A stretch of DNA of 64,000 nt, taken from contig CAJFVQ010000019.1 in the NCBI GenBank assembly GCA_904420535.1, forward strand, positions 18,989-82,988, in the 5' to 3' direction. Shown piece after piece: positions 10,003 through 19,816 of this stretch; the stretch's first letter is position 1; every line of letters begins with the position of its first letter. A program made the position numbers and the translations under genes. The notes beneath the pieces were generated by a model, which was given only the letters and a program-made list of their open reading frames with translations, had not been told where the DNA came from and searched no databases. The stretch is from Candidatus Cryptoclostridium obscurum (GTDB taxonomy: Bacteria; Bacillota; Dehalobacteriia; UBA7702).

Positions 10003-11246
10003 GCATTTCTGTTTTGGGAATCGATCATCAATATAGCGCGGAAATCCGAGAAATGGTAGCGTTTACCGAATCGCAAATCATTGAGTTTTCTTCCATGCTG
10101 TTGGAAATGAATGTGGAAGAAGTCGTGATTTTATCCACCTGTAACCGCAGTGAGGTATATTTTTCTTCCAAAAACGCAGATGTGAGCCAAAAAGTTAAAG
10201 AAGCATATATTCGGTATTTTTCCATTGAGGAACAAAAAGACTGCGTCTTTTTGCTTCATGACGATGACGCAATCCATCATATTTTCCGTGTGACATCAGG
10301 CATTGAATCAGCAATCATTGGCGAAGATGAGATTTTGCGTCAAATCAAAGAAGCCTATGAATTCTCTTTGCGTTTTAAAAATACCGGAAAGCGCTTTAAC
10401 CGTTTATTCCAGGAAGCTATCCGCTGCGCCAAAGAAGTGAAAAGCAAATTAAAAATTTCCGAAATTCCCATCTCCACAGGATACATTGGCTTGAAATATT
10501 TGGAAGAACAGGTGGGAACCTTTGAAGGAAAACACATGATGTTGATTGGTTTTGGGGAAATCGGTCAACTTTTCTATCAATACGGAAAAGAACTCCCCTT
10601 CCGTCGTATTACTGTTTGTAACCGCAGCAGAGAAACGGCCGACGCTATTTTGGACGGACAAAAAAGAGATCTATATATTCATCACGATCAATGGAAAGAC
10701 GTGATCAATGATGTGGATATTTTAATTACCGCAACTTCCTGCCCCCACCATATTTTAAAAGCAGAGGAAATGATGGTACGGGAAAAGCCCATTTATATGT
10801 TAGATATGGCAATTCCTCGTAATATTGATAACCAAATTGGAATGCTCAACAACTATCATTTATATAACATTGATGTTTTAAAAGAAATGTCGGCGCAAAA
10901 TGCCGCCAGTCGTTTGGCATTGCGGGATCACGCAGAAGAAATTATTGAAAATTACGTTTCCGACTACAAACGGTGGCTCGATCATTCCGAAGAAGACAAT
11001 GTGATCGAATCCTTAAATCAATCCGTTGACGATATTTTAGATTACCATTTAAAATACCTCTTTCAACGCATCAAAGCCAATGAACGGGAGCAAAAAATCA
11101 TTACCCGTACGATGCAAGCTGCATTGAAAAAGGCTGTACGGAACCCTATCATCGCATTAAAAAATATTGACGACCCGCAAAAACGCGCCCACTATTCCGA
11201 GGTTTTGGAAGAACTGTTCCAGCTGGACAAGGGGGAACCAAAATGA
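9999..11246 (+). CDS. hemA: Glutamyl-tRNA reductase
   Basis: ILSTCNRSEVY motif with catalytic Cys. 415 aa. Confidence 0.85.
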   Translation: MSISVLGIDHQYSAEIREMVAFTESQIIEFSSMLLEMNVEEVVILSTCNRSEVYFSSKNADVSQKVKEAYIRYFSIEEQKDCVFLLHDDDAIHHIFRVTSGIESAIIGEDEILRQIKEAYEFSLRFKNTGKRFNRLFQEAIRCAKEVKSKLKISEIPISTGYIGLKYLEEQVGTFEGKHMMLIGFGEIGQLFYQYGKELPFRRITVCNRSRETADAILDGQKRDLYIHHDQWKDVINDVDILITATSCPHHILKAEEMMVREKPIYMLDMAIPRNIDNQIGMLNNYHLYNIDVLKEMSAQNAASRLALRDHAEEIIENYVSDYKRWLDHSEEDNVIESLNQSVDDILDYHLKYLFQRIKANEREQKIITRTMQAALKKAVRNPIIALKNIDDPQKRAHYSEVLEELFQLDKGEPK

Positions 11247-11842
11247 TACTTCCATTGTTCATCGACGTAACCGGCTGGCCCGTTTTGGTCATCGGCGGCG
11301 GAGAGATCGCATTTCGTAAAGCCCAAGCATTACAGGAAGCCGGTGCGAAGATTACAGTCATGGCACCGGAACTGTCCCAAGAGTGGGAGGGATACTCCTT
11401 TCTCTATCAGAAAGAACGGTACGAGAACCAGCCTTTGGATCACTACCGTTTCGTCGTTGCCGCCACCAACGACAAGAAGCTAAACGAAACCATCGCCGAA
11501 AGGTGTAAAGACGCTGACATCCTTTGTAATACGGCGTCGCATCCCCAAAAGGGCGACGTGATCTTCCCCGGTACTGTGCGGCAGGGAGGCTTTGTTGCGG
11601 CATTGTCCAGTGAAGGCCGAACCCCTTTCCTTACAAAAAAGCTAAAAGAAGATCTGCGAAAGATCTTCTTGGATTATGACGAAGAAACCATCGCGCTCTT
11701 GGGAAAAACGAGAGCATATATTATAGAAAACTATCCGGAGGACAAAGAGCGGCTTTTGAAAAAACTTTCAAAAGCGCCTTTGCACATCATTAAGGAGAAA
11801 GGAAACCATCATGACATTACGCATTGGCTCCAGAGGGAGTAA
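11243..11842 (+). CDS. sirC: Precorrin-2 dehydrogenase / sirohydrochlorin chelatase-like (SirC / CysG N-domain family)
   Basis: Rossmann motif VLVIGGGEIAFRKA. 199 aa. Confidence 0.7.
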   Translation: MILPLFIDVTGWPVLVIGGGEIAFRKAQALQEAGAKITVMAPELSQEWEGYSFLYQKERYENQPLDHYRFVVAATNDKKLNETIAERCKDADILCNTASHPQKGDVIFPGTVRQGGFVAALSSEGRTPFLTKKLKEDLRKIFLDYDEETIALLGKTRAYIIENYPEDKERLLKKLSKAPLHIIKEKGNHHDITHWLQRE

Positions 11843-12704
11843 ACTGGCATTGACCCAAACCAATTTGGTAGCTGACGCCATTCGCGCGGCAAATCCCGGT
11901 CTTGAAGTGGATGTAGTAATCATTAAGACCAAAGGAGATCTGATTCAAGATAAGCCTTTAAATGAAATCGGAGACAAGGGATTGTTTGTAAAAGAAATTG
12001 AAGAAGCCCTATTAAACCACGAAATTGATTTGGCGGTTCACAGCCTTAAAGATATGCCGGGGGAACAACCTCCCGGTTTAGAAATGTCCATCACTCCGAA
12101 AAGAGAAGATCCCAGAGATGTCGTCATTACCTTTGAACCCATGAAATCTCTGGAGAATCTTCCTTTGAACAGCAAAATCGCTACAGGAAGTCCTCGCCGT
12201 ATTGACCAGTTAAAAATACTGCGCCCCGACATTACCGCTATGCCGATCCGGGGCAATGTTGACACTCGTATCCGTAAAAGTAAGGAAAATGGTTACCAGG
12301 GCATTATCCTGGCGGCAGCAGGATTGAACCGTCTCAATATGGAGTATACGGGATTCCCTTTGGAAATCGATACCTTCATCCCGGCTCCTGCCCAGGGAAT
12401 CTTGGGATTGGAAAACCGCGTGGACGATGAGGAAACCCTCGCTTATCTTCGTCCCCTCCATGACGAAGATAGTCACCGACAGGCCCTGGCGGAACGGGCC
12501 TTTCTCCGTTATGTAGACGGCGGCTGCCATGCACCCATGGGGGCGCACTGCGTTATCGAAGGAGAAAATTTCACAATCACCGGCTTCTATCAGGAAGGCG
12601 AAGTTTATCGAAAAGAAAGTCTCTGCGGTGTTCGCGGAGAAGAAAGCGAAAAAGGCAAAGCCCTGGCTTTGTTGTTAAAGGAGAGAGTCAAAAATGAACG
12701 GTAA
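11811..12704 (+). CDS. hemC: Hydroxymethylbilane synthase (porphobilinogen deaminase)
   Basis: N-terminus LRIGSRGSKLALTQT is a HemC signature. Confidence 0.9.
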   Translation: MTLRIGSRGSKLALTQTNLVADAIRAANPGLEVDVVIIKTKGDLIQDKPLNEIGDKGLFVKEIEEALLNHEIDLAVHSLKDMPGEQPPGLEMSITPKREDPRDVVITFEPMKSLENLPLNSKIATGSPRRIDQLKILRPDITAMPIRGNVDTRIRKSKENGYQGIILAAAGLNRLNMEYTGFPLEIDTFIPAPAQGILGLENRVDDEETLAYLRPLHDEDSHRQALAERAFLRYVDGGCHAPMGAHCVIEGENFTITGFYQEGEVYRKESLCGVRGEESEKGKALALLLKERVKNER

Positions 12705-14190
12705 AGTATATTTGGTCGGAGCAGGCCCCGGAGATTACGGACTAATCACATTAAAAGGATTAAATACCATTGAGATCGCCGACGTCCTCGTTTACGACCG
12801 TCTCATTAATGAAAACCTGATCTATCGTACTCCGAAACATTGCGAAAAAATTTACGTCGGTAAACAGGCGGCCAACCATGCATTACCTCAGGACCAAATC
12901 AATGAGCTGCTCTATCAAAAAGCAGCCGAGGGAAAAATCGTAGTACGTTTGAAAGGCGGCGACCCTTATGTTTTCGGTCGCGGCGGTGAAGAAGGGATCT
13001 ATCTGGTAGAACGGGGGATCCCCGTTGAGGTCGTCCCTGGCATCACTTCCAGCATTGCAGGTCCCTGTTATGGAGGAATCCCTGTGACTCACAGAGATTG
13101 GGCATCTTCTTTTCACGTGTTTACCGGGAATTTTAAGGACGAAATCCGCGGATTAAACTTTCCAAACCTTGCGGAACTCGAAGGAACCTTAATCTTCCTC
13201 ATGGGATTTGGAAACCTTGATTATATCACTAACGGCCTGATGCAAGCAGGCAAGGACAAAACTACCCCGGTGGCGGTGATCAGTAAAGCCACAACCCATC
13301 AACAAAAAACGGCTGTGGGGACTTTGGAGACCATCGAACAGATCTGCAAAGACGAGAAAATGGTGCCGCCGGCCATTACCCTTGTGGGCGATGTGGTGAA
13401 ATGTCGGGAGTATCTCAACTTCTTTGAACAGCAGCGGCGGGAAGGCGTTCTGATCCTTAGAGACGCCCGCCAAAGCGATGTTTTTGCCAAAATGCTGATG
13501 CAAAACAATTTTGAACCCGTGGTATGCCCTGTAATCCAAATTGAAAAGAGGGAGCTATCCTCGGAACTGCAAAGTGCCTTTGAACATCTTAAAGACTACA
13601 GTTGGACGGTATTTACTTCGCCCAACGGCGTCAAATCTTTCTTTGAACTGTTTTTGGACAACGACGGCGATATGCGTATGCTCGGCCACATGAAATTTGC
13701 AACTATCGGCAAGGCAACAGCGGAAGTTCTGAAGAAATGGGGTTTTAAAGCTGATTTCATTCCCCAAAAGCAAGTCAGCAACGCCCTGGCCGACGGACTT
13801 TGCGAACTGCTCGGCAGTAATGATCGAATTTTGCTTCCCCGCAGCGCCATTGCCAATAACGATATGGTGGATATTATTACAAAAAGATGCCCTGTGGACG
13901 ATATTAAGATATACGATACTCGCATCAAAACAGAAAATGAAAGCGAGCTAAGATCCCTTTTGAACACCGGTGAAGTGAAATATATTCCCTTTACCAGCGC
14001 TTCCACGGTGGACGGTTTTGTGAAAGCTATTCACAATGACCTTACCGGGTTGGAAAACGTAAAAACCGTCGCCATCGGCCCCATCACCAAAAAGCGTATG
14101 CTGGATTTGGGGATCACTCCGGATCTGGAAGCCACCGACCACAGTTTAGAAGGAATCATCAAAGTATTGGGAGGAAAAAATGTTGATTGA
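12694..14190 (+). CDS. cobA-hemD: Uroporphyrinogen-III C-methyltransferase / uroporphyrinogen-III synthase fusion
   Basis: The N-terminal SUMT domain starts VYLVGAGPGD. The C-terminal ~240 aa are HemD-like. 498 aa. Confidence 0.85.
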   Translation: MNGKVYLVGAGPGDYGLITLKGLNTIEIADVLVYDRLINENLIYRTPKHCEKIYVGKQAANHALPQDQINELLYQKAAEGKIVVRLKGGDPYVFGRGGEEGIYLVERGIPVEVVPGITSSIAGPCYGGIPVTHRDWASSFHVFTGNFKDEIRGLNFPNLAELEGTLIFLMGFGNLDYITNGLMQAGKDKTTPVAVISKATTHQQKTAVGTLETIEQICKDEKMVPPAITLVGDVVKCREYLNFFEQQRREGVLILRDARQSDVFAKMLMQNNFEPVVCPVIQIEKRELSSELQSAFEHLKDYSWTVFTSPNGVKSFFELFLDNDGDMRMLGHMKFATIGKATAEVLKKWGFKADFIPQKQVSNALADGLCELLGSNDRILLPRSAIANNDMVDIITKRCPVDDIKIYDTRIKTENESELRSLLNTGEVKYIPFTSASTVDGFVKAIHNDLTGLENVKTVAIGPITKKRMLDLGITPDLEATDHSLEGIIKVLGGKNVD

Positions 14191-15154
14191 ACGACCGAGA
14201 CGACTGAGAATCAATGAACAAATACGCTCTTTGGTACGGGAAACTCGTTTGAGCACCAAGGAATTGATGTATCCCATTTTTGTAAAAGACGGCAAAGGCA
14301 TCAAAGAGGAGATCGGCGCCATGCCGGGACAATACAGATACTCCATAGATATGCTGTCGGAAGAGATCAAAGCGGTACAGGAAGCCGGCGTTAACCACGT
14401 CATTCTATTCGGGATTCCCTTCGATGAAGACCACGACGCCTGTGGTTCCTCCGCCCATGACCCCAACGGCATCGTACAGCGTGCCATCAGAGAGATCAAA
14501 GAGCACAGCGATATCTTTGTTACCACCGATGTTTGTCTTTGTGAATACACGGATCACGGCCATTGTGGGATCCTGGATCCCGACGGTTATGTCAATAATG
14601 ACAAAACTCTGGAAGTTTTGGCGAAAACCGCGCTAAGTCACGTAGAAGCCGGCGCCGACATGGTAGCCCCTTCCGATATGATGGACGGTCATATTGCGGC
14701 GCTCCGTTCCATTCTTGATGAGAACAACTTTGTCAACACGCCCATCATGGCTTATGCCGTAAAATATGCTTCTAACTTTTACGGGCCTTTCCGCGAAGCG
14801 GCCAATTCCGCTCCGGGAAAAGGAGATCGCAAAGGGTATCAGATGGATTATCACAACAGCCGTGAAGCAGAAGTGGAGGCAGCTTTGGACGTAAAGGAAG
14901 GCGCTGACATTATCATGGTCAAACCAGCCCTCCCCTATTTGGATATCATTGCTAAATTGCGTCCCCAGATCAAAAAGCCCATGGCGGCATACTGTGTCAG
15001 CGGTGAATACTCTATGATGAAACTGGCAGTAGATAAGGGAATCGTTTCCGAAGATCTTATTTATGAAAGTCACATTGCTATGAAACGCGCCGGCGCCGAT
15101 GCCATTCTGACATACTTTGCCAAAGACTTGGGCAAATTCCTCCAGGAGGTTTAA
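14180..15154 (+). CDS. hemB: Porphobilinogen synthase (ALA dehydratase)
   Basis: 324 aa, HemB-like. GGAGG RBS upstream. Confidence 0.85.
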   Translation: MLIERPRRLRINEQIRSLVRETRLSTKELMYPIFVKDGKGIKEEIGAMPGQYRYSIDMLSEEIKAVQEAGVNHVILFGIPFDEDHDACGSSAHDPNGIVQRAIREIKEHSDIFVTTDVCLCEYTDHGHCGILDPDGYVNNDKTLEVLAKTALSHVEAGADMVAPSDMMDGHIAALRSILDENNFVNTPIMAYAVKYASNFYGPFREAANSAPGKGDRKGYQMDYHNSREAEVEAALDVKEGADIIMVKPALPYLDIIAKLRPQIKKPMAAYCVSGEYSMMKLAVDKGIVSEDLIYESHIAMKRAGADAILTYFAKDLGKFLQEV

Positions 15155-15156
15155 CG

Positions 15157-16446
15157 ATGTGCAAAAATAATAACAAAGAGGAAATTTTGGCATTAAGCAG
15201 AAAGATCATGCCTGGTGGCGTCAACAGTCCAGTACGTGCGTTTCAATCCGTTGAAGTCGCCCCTGTCATTGTGGAATCTGCCCATGGGCCTTATATCAAA
15301 GATATTACCGGCAAAGAGTATATTGACTACGTTTGCTCCTATGGTCCATTAATCTTTGGCCACGCACCACAATTCCTTATTGAGGAAATTCAGGCAGCAG
15401 CGGAAAGCGGGACTACTTACGGATTTACAACCCCCCACGAAGTGGAATTGGCAGAATTGGTCATTGAATCCTACCCGTCCTGTGAAATGATCCGGATGGT
15501 CAACAGTGGTACCGAAGCCACAATGAGCGCCATTCGCGTTGCGCGAGGTTATACCGGGCGCAATAAAATTTTGAAATTTGAAGGATGTTATCACGGCCAC
15601 AGCGACAGTTTATTAGTAAAAAGCGGCAGCGGCCTTTTGACTCAGGGAGTTCCCACCAGCCCTGGTCTGGTACCCGCCTTAGTGGAGCAGACCCTCGTTT
15701 GCCCTTATAATGATGAAGAAGCCCTGGCGGAAATGATCCGAGCCAATCAAGATGAAATCGCCTGCGTGATTTTGGAACCCATCGCCGGAAATATGGGAGT
15801 TTTGGCGCCCCATGAGGGCTATTTGGAAGCGGTACGCAAGCTCTGCACGGAAAACGGCATCGTTTTGATCTTTGATGAAGTCATTACGGGCTTTCGTGTC
15901 GATTACCACTCCGCAGCTGGCGTTTTTAATATTGATCCCGATATGGTTTGTTTCGGGAAGATCATCGGCGGCGGCCTGCCCGTAGGCGCTTACGGCGGCA
16001 AATTGGAAATCATGAAAATGGTCTCCCCTGTGGGGCCGGTATACCAAGGGGGCACCCTTTCCGGCAATCCTTTGGCAATGCGTGCCGGCATCGCCACATT
16101 AAAACGTTTAAAATCCAATCCTGTTATTTACAAAACCTTGGAAGAAAACGCAACCTATCTGAACCGTGGAATCACCGAAGCAATCCAGAAATATCACATC
16201 CCTGCTGTAACCTCCCAATTCAAAGGGATGTTTTGCCTATTCTTTACGGATCGTCCCGTGTCCTCCTATGATGACGTCATGAAATGTGATACGGAACTGT
16301 ACAAGAAATTCTTCGAAGGTATGATGAATGAGGGAATTCTGCTTGCACCTTCTCAGTTTGAAGCATGGTTCCCCTCGACAGCTCATACCAAAGAAGTGTT
16401 GGATCAGACCATTGCGGCAGTCAATCAAGTTTTCGCGAAATTATAA
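15157..16446 (+). CDS. hemL: Glutamate-1-semialdehyde 2,1-aminomutase
   Basis: 429 aa aminotransferase class III with a HemL-like N-terminus. Confidence 0.85.
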   Translation: MCKNNNKEEILALSRKIMPGGVNSPVRAFQSVEVAPVIVESAHGPYIKDITGKEYIDYVCSYGPLIFGHAPQFLIEEIQAAAESGTTYGFTTPHEVELAELVIESYPSCEMIRMVNSGTEATMSAIRVARGYTGRNKILKFEGCYHGHSDSLLVKSGSGLLTQGVPTSPGLVPALVEQTLVCPYNDEEALAEMIRANQDEIACVILEPIAGNMGVLAPHEGYLEAVRKLCTENGIVLIFDEVITGFRVDYHSAAGVFNIDPDMVCFGKIIGGGLPVGAYGGKLEIMKMVSPVGPVYQGGTLSGNPLAMRAGIATLKRLKSNPVIYKTLEENATYLNRGITEAIQKYHIPAVTSQFKGMFCLFFTDRPVSSYDDVMKCDTELYKKFFEGMMNEGILLAPSQFEAWFPSTAHTKEVLDQTIAAVNQVFAKL

Positions 16447-16460
16447 TAAAGGAGTTTGGA

Positions 16461-17156
16461 ATGAAAGGTAAATTTTACGGCATCGGCGTTGGTCCCGGAG
16501 ATCCCGAATTGTTGACCATCAAAGGCAAACGGATCTTGGAAGAAGCGGATTATATTGCCACTCCCAAAACAAAAGGAGATAGCGAAAGCACGGCGCTCCA
16601 TATCGTTTCTCCATATATCGAGGGAAAAGAAGTGATCGAGCTGGTACTTCCGATGACAAAGGATCCTGCCATTTTGGAGCAGGCTTGGAATGATGGGGCA
16701 AAGTGCATTATGGAATACCTGGATCAAGGGAAAAACGTTGCTTTCATCACTTTGGGTGACCCTTCCCTTTTCAGTACGTTTATGTATGTTTTCCGTCCCG
16801 TGCGGGCAGCGGGATATGCCTGGGAAATTGTTCCCGGCGTTACTGCTCCCAGTGCTGCCGCGGCCAAACTGGGAATCGGTTTGGCTGACGGTAAAGAAAA
16901 TATCGCTATTTTAGCGGCAACTACAGACCTGGAAAATGTAGAACGCACCATTGACAACCATGATAATACCGTTTTAATGAAAGGGGCCGGCAAGTGGGAA
17001 GCCATTGCCGAGATCTTGAAAAAGAAGGGTCTGACCGAAAAAACCGCCGCAGCGGAACGCTGCACTATGGAAGGGGAACGATTATTCCCCGATATCAATG
17101 AAATGCCTGAGGATCTCAGCTATTTCCTCACCGCCATTATCAGAAAGGGGTTATGA
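16461..17156 (+). CDS. cbiL: Cobalt-precorrin-2 C20-methyltransferase
   Basis: N-terminus FYGIGVGPGDPELLTIKG. RBS AGGAG. The ORF-track start at 16365 lies inside hemL and is rejected. Confidence 0.8.
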   Translation: MKGKFYGIGVGPGDPELLTIKGKRILEEADYIATPKTKGDSESTALHIVSPYIEGKEVIELVLPMTKDPAILEQAWNDGAKCIMEYLDQGKNVAFITLGDPSLFSTFMYVFRPVRAAGYAWEIVPGVTAPSAAAAKLGIGLADGKENIAILAATTDLENVERTIDNHDNTVLMKGAGKWEAIAEILKKKGLTEKTAAAERCTMEGERLFPDINEMPEDLSYFLTAIIRKGL

Positions 17157-17160
17157 TCGC

Positions 17161-17919
17161 ATGAATCTCGTGAATATTGTCGGGGCGGGCCCCGGCGATC
17201 CTGAACTTATTACCGTCAGAGGAATGAATCTTTTACAAGAAGCCGATATTGTCATTTATGCCGGCTCCCTTGTGAATCCCAAACTTCTGGACTACTGTAA
17301 AAAAGACTGCACCATTTACGACAGCGCAGGCATGAACTTAGACGAAGTCATTGCAGTCATCAAAGAAGAATATCCCAAAGGGAAAAAGATCGTGCGTCTC
17401 CACACCGGCGATCCTTCCATCTATGGCGCCATTCGCGAACAAATGGATATTTTGGAAGGGGCGGGTATTCCCTTCCGAGTGACTCCCGGGGTCAGCTCTT
17501 TCTGCGCCGCAGCGGCAGCGCTGAAAAAGGAATACGTTTTACCCGAAGTCAGCCAGACAGTGATCCTCACCCGTATGGAAGGCCGCACTCCCGTACCGGA
17601 AAAGGAAGATATTCGCAACCTGGCGAAGATCAATGCCACAATGATCATCTTTTTAAGTGTCCACATGATTGAAGATTTGGTGGAACGTTTAAAGGAAGGG
17701 TACCCCGAAGATACGCCGGCAGCAGTGGTTTACAAAGCCTCCTGGCCCGAAGAAAAACAAGTGGTAGGTACTTTGGCGGACATTGCGGAAAAAGTCCATG
17801 AAGCCCAGATCGGACGCACCGCCTTAGTGACTGTGGGACGGTTCCTCGGAGATGAATACGCGTTATCCAAACTGTACGATAAGGGTTTTTCACACGGTTA
17901 TCGGGAAGCCAAAGAATAA
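17161..17919 (+). CDS. cbiF: Cobalt-precorrin-4 C11-methyltransferase
   Basis: N-terminus VNIVGAGPGDPELITVRG. 252 aa. Confidence 0.8.
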   Translation: MNLVNIVGAGPGDPELITVRGMNLLQEADIVIYAGSLVNPKLLDYCKKDCTIYDSAGMNLDEVIAVIKEEYPKGKKIVRLHTGDPSIYGAIREQMDILEGAGIPFRVTPGVSSFCAAAAALKKEYVLPEVSQTVILTRMEGRTPVPEKEDIRNLAKINATMIIFLSVHMIEDLVERLKEGYPEDTPAAVVYKASWPEEKQVVGTLADIAEKVHEAQIGRTALVTVGRFLGDEYALSKLYDKGFSHGYREAKE

Positions 17920-17971
17920 AAAGCCCAAAACGAATCCAACGTAATCAAAAATATTCTTATAATTAATATGA

Positions 17972-18008
17972 TAAAACACGGCATCGATCGATGCCGTGTT
18001 TGCATTTT
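17972..18008. terminator. Bidirectional rho-independent terminator at the end of the cbi-hem operon
   Basis: Perfect palindrome AACACGGCATCGATCGATGCCGTGTT flanked by A-run and T-run. Confidence 0.7.
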
Positions 18009-18027
18009 CAATATAAAACAAGAAAAG

Positions 18028-18969
18028 TTATTGTTGCTCCGTGTTGGCATTTTGTTTTCTTTGGTATAAAAAACGACGTTGATATTTCAGCTTCGCATAG
18101 TCCGTGATCACATGGAGATAATGCACGTCAGACAACCCACCGACTACACCCACAATGGGAATTCCCTGAATAAATTTCAAATAGAGCAGTTCTCGAGATA
18201 GAGCGGCAGCAGTGGCATCGATTTGTTGATTCAGTGCTTCCTCCGTCACAGTAAAATGTTTCGTCATCAATGTATTGATTTGCCCATCAAGATTTTGGAG
18301 CCTTTTGCTACGCTCCAATGATGCACGGATCAAACACAAAATAAAATATCGTTCTTCCCTGCTCTCATAGGGAAACCCGAAAGTCAGAGCGATTTCATAA
18401 ACACTTTTTAATATCATCCCCACAAAGACGGGGATGTCAGGAATCCCAATTCCCAGGATACCGAAGCCAACGCCTTCCACTCCCGATACTGCTACATTTT
18501 TTGCCGTCGCCGCAGAGGAGGAACGACGAAAAGCCCGCAGCGAAGCACGATTCTTTTTCACAGAAGCGGCATAAGAACGAATGTCGTAATCACTTTTCCG
18601 TTTTTCTTTGGAAAAACTTTTTTCTATGACGGGATTCCCTTTTTCAAAAATAAGGCGAAATGCCTTACCAAAAGCCATTTCCAAAGTATGTTGAAGTTTT
18701 GGAGGTACGACTTGCTCCAATTTATCGTTGAAAAAAGAAAAACCTTCTTTATTGCGGCGTCGCAAAAATGATTCTTCTTTCTTTTGCAAGTACTCCCATT
18801 CTTTTTTCCATGGATTTTTCATCACCTGTCCCCATTTCCTCATCTGATAACTTATATTATAATCCATGAATTGTGAAATCTCAATGAATAATATTGCAAG
18901 AGATGAAAAGCCCAAAGAGAAAGTCTTGTGGATGACTCTTTCTTTGGGCTTTGATGTCTGTAATAACAA
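18028..18969 (-). CDS. Hypothetical protein, probably EcsC family
   Basis: Contains a Gly-rich central segment GVEGVGFGILGIGIPDIPVF resembling EcsC-family proteins. The start is uncertain. The TTG at 18969 lies 1 nt after the gerM-like stop. In-frame ATG alternatives lie about 40-50 codons downstream and would give a product of about 264 aa. Confidence 0.45.
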   Translation of the reverse strand: MLLQTSKPKERVIHKTFSLGFSSLAILFIEISQFMDYNISYQMRKWGQVMKNPWKKEWEYLQKKEESFLRRRNKEGFSFFNDKLEQVVPPKLQHTLEMAFGKAFRLIFEKGNPVIEKSFSKEKRKSDYDIRSYAASVKKNRASLRAFRRSSSAATAKNVAVSGVEGVGFGILGIGIPDIPVFVGMILKSVYEIALTFGFPYESREERYFILCLIRASLERSKRLQNLDGQINTLMTKHFTVTEEALNQQIDATAAALSRELLYLKFIQGIPIVGVVGGLSDVHYLHVITDYAKLKYQRRFLYQRKQNANTEQQ

Positions 18970-18970
18970 A

Positions 18971-19684
18971 TTAAAGATCTTCCGAAGAAATGGGATGGGA
19001 AATATCCCAGTGGCCTGTTAAACTCTGTACCACTTCACCATTGACACGGATTTGGACTGCGGATACGGAATCAAACTGGCTTAGCGTTTCGACAATGCTT
19101 TCAATCACATATCGTTCTTCCGTGCTGTTTAATTCAGCTTTTTGGATATCTTCACTAAAATCAACCGTACAAATTCCGTCTTCCCCAATATTGATTCCTA
19201 AAACTTGGGTACCATCGGGGATATATGAGGCCAAAGAGGTATCCACCGGGCCGGAGAGTAATTCCTGCATTGTCGTTTTGGCTACCCCAACTTGATTGAC
19301 AATGCTGCGTTTTTCCACTGCCATTTCATTTTCTGCGTCATTGACGAAATATAATGAAACTTCTTTATAGGTGACAGGAGCAGAGGTCTCTTCCGCAGAG
19401 CCATCTTCCTCTTGATCCGTAGACTCACTGTCTGCAGTCATCCCTTCCGGAACCGGAGGAGCAGAAGCTGTCCCCTCTTCTTCCGTTGTACTTTCAGAAT
19501 CATCGGCTTCTGAATCGCTTAACGCCGGTAAGTTTTCGTTCTCCATCAAAGCCGCTGTATCCGCATTGACGGCATCATGGGCTTTGGACCGGACCGAAGC
19601 AAAAAAGCCCCCAATTTCTGCCTGAAAAACAAATGCCAGCAAAACAACGAATAAAATGCCTGTCACCACACCTTTTTTTTTCAT
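18971..19684 (-). CDS. GerMN-domain lipoprotein (spore germination protein GerM-like)
   Basis: N-terminal signal/TM segment, then an acidic Ser/Thr/Glu-rich linker, then a C-terminal GerMN-type domain. RBS GAGGGGGAA upstream. Confidence 0.6.
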   Translation of the reverse strand: MKKKGVVTGILFVVLLAFVFQAEIGGFFASVRSKAHDAVNADTAALMENENLPALSDSEADDSESTTEEEGTASAPPVPEGMTADSESTDQEEDGSAEETSAPVTYKEVSLYFVNDAENEMAVEKRSIVNQVGVAKTTMQELLSGPVDTSLASYIPDGTQVLGINIGEDGICTVDFSEDIQKAELNSTEERYVIESIVETLSQFDSVSAVQIRVNGEVVQSLTGHWDISHPISSEDL

Positions 19685-19767
19685 ATGCGGTTCCCCCTCA
19701 AAGTTTGCAAATGATTTGTTATAGTCTATGGGGTAGTCCCAAAAATTAGAACTGCAAAATTAGAACC

Positions 19768-19796
19768 GTTTTGAAAAAAGCAGACTGTGAACCACA
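19768..19796 (-). terminator. Rho-independent terminator downstream of the hisC-like gene
   Basis: Hairpin GCAGACTGTG-AAC-CACAGCCTGC with 9 of 10 bp paired, followed by a T-run on the minus strand. Confidence 0.5.
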
Positions 19797-19816
19797 GCCT
19801 GCCGGGGAAATATCAT

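Noticed and set aside
16365-16460. Upstream extension of the cbiL ORF (ORF-track start 16365)
   Set aside because: It overlaps the hemL 3' end by about 80 nt. The downstream ATG at 16461 has an AGGAG RBS and gives the canonical methylase N-terminus.
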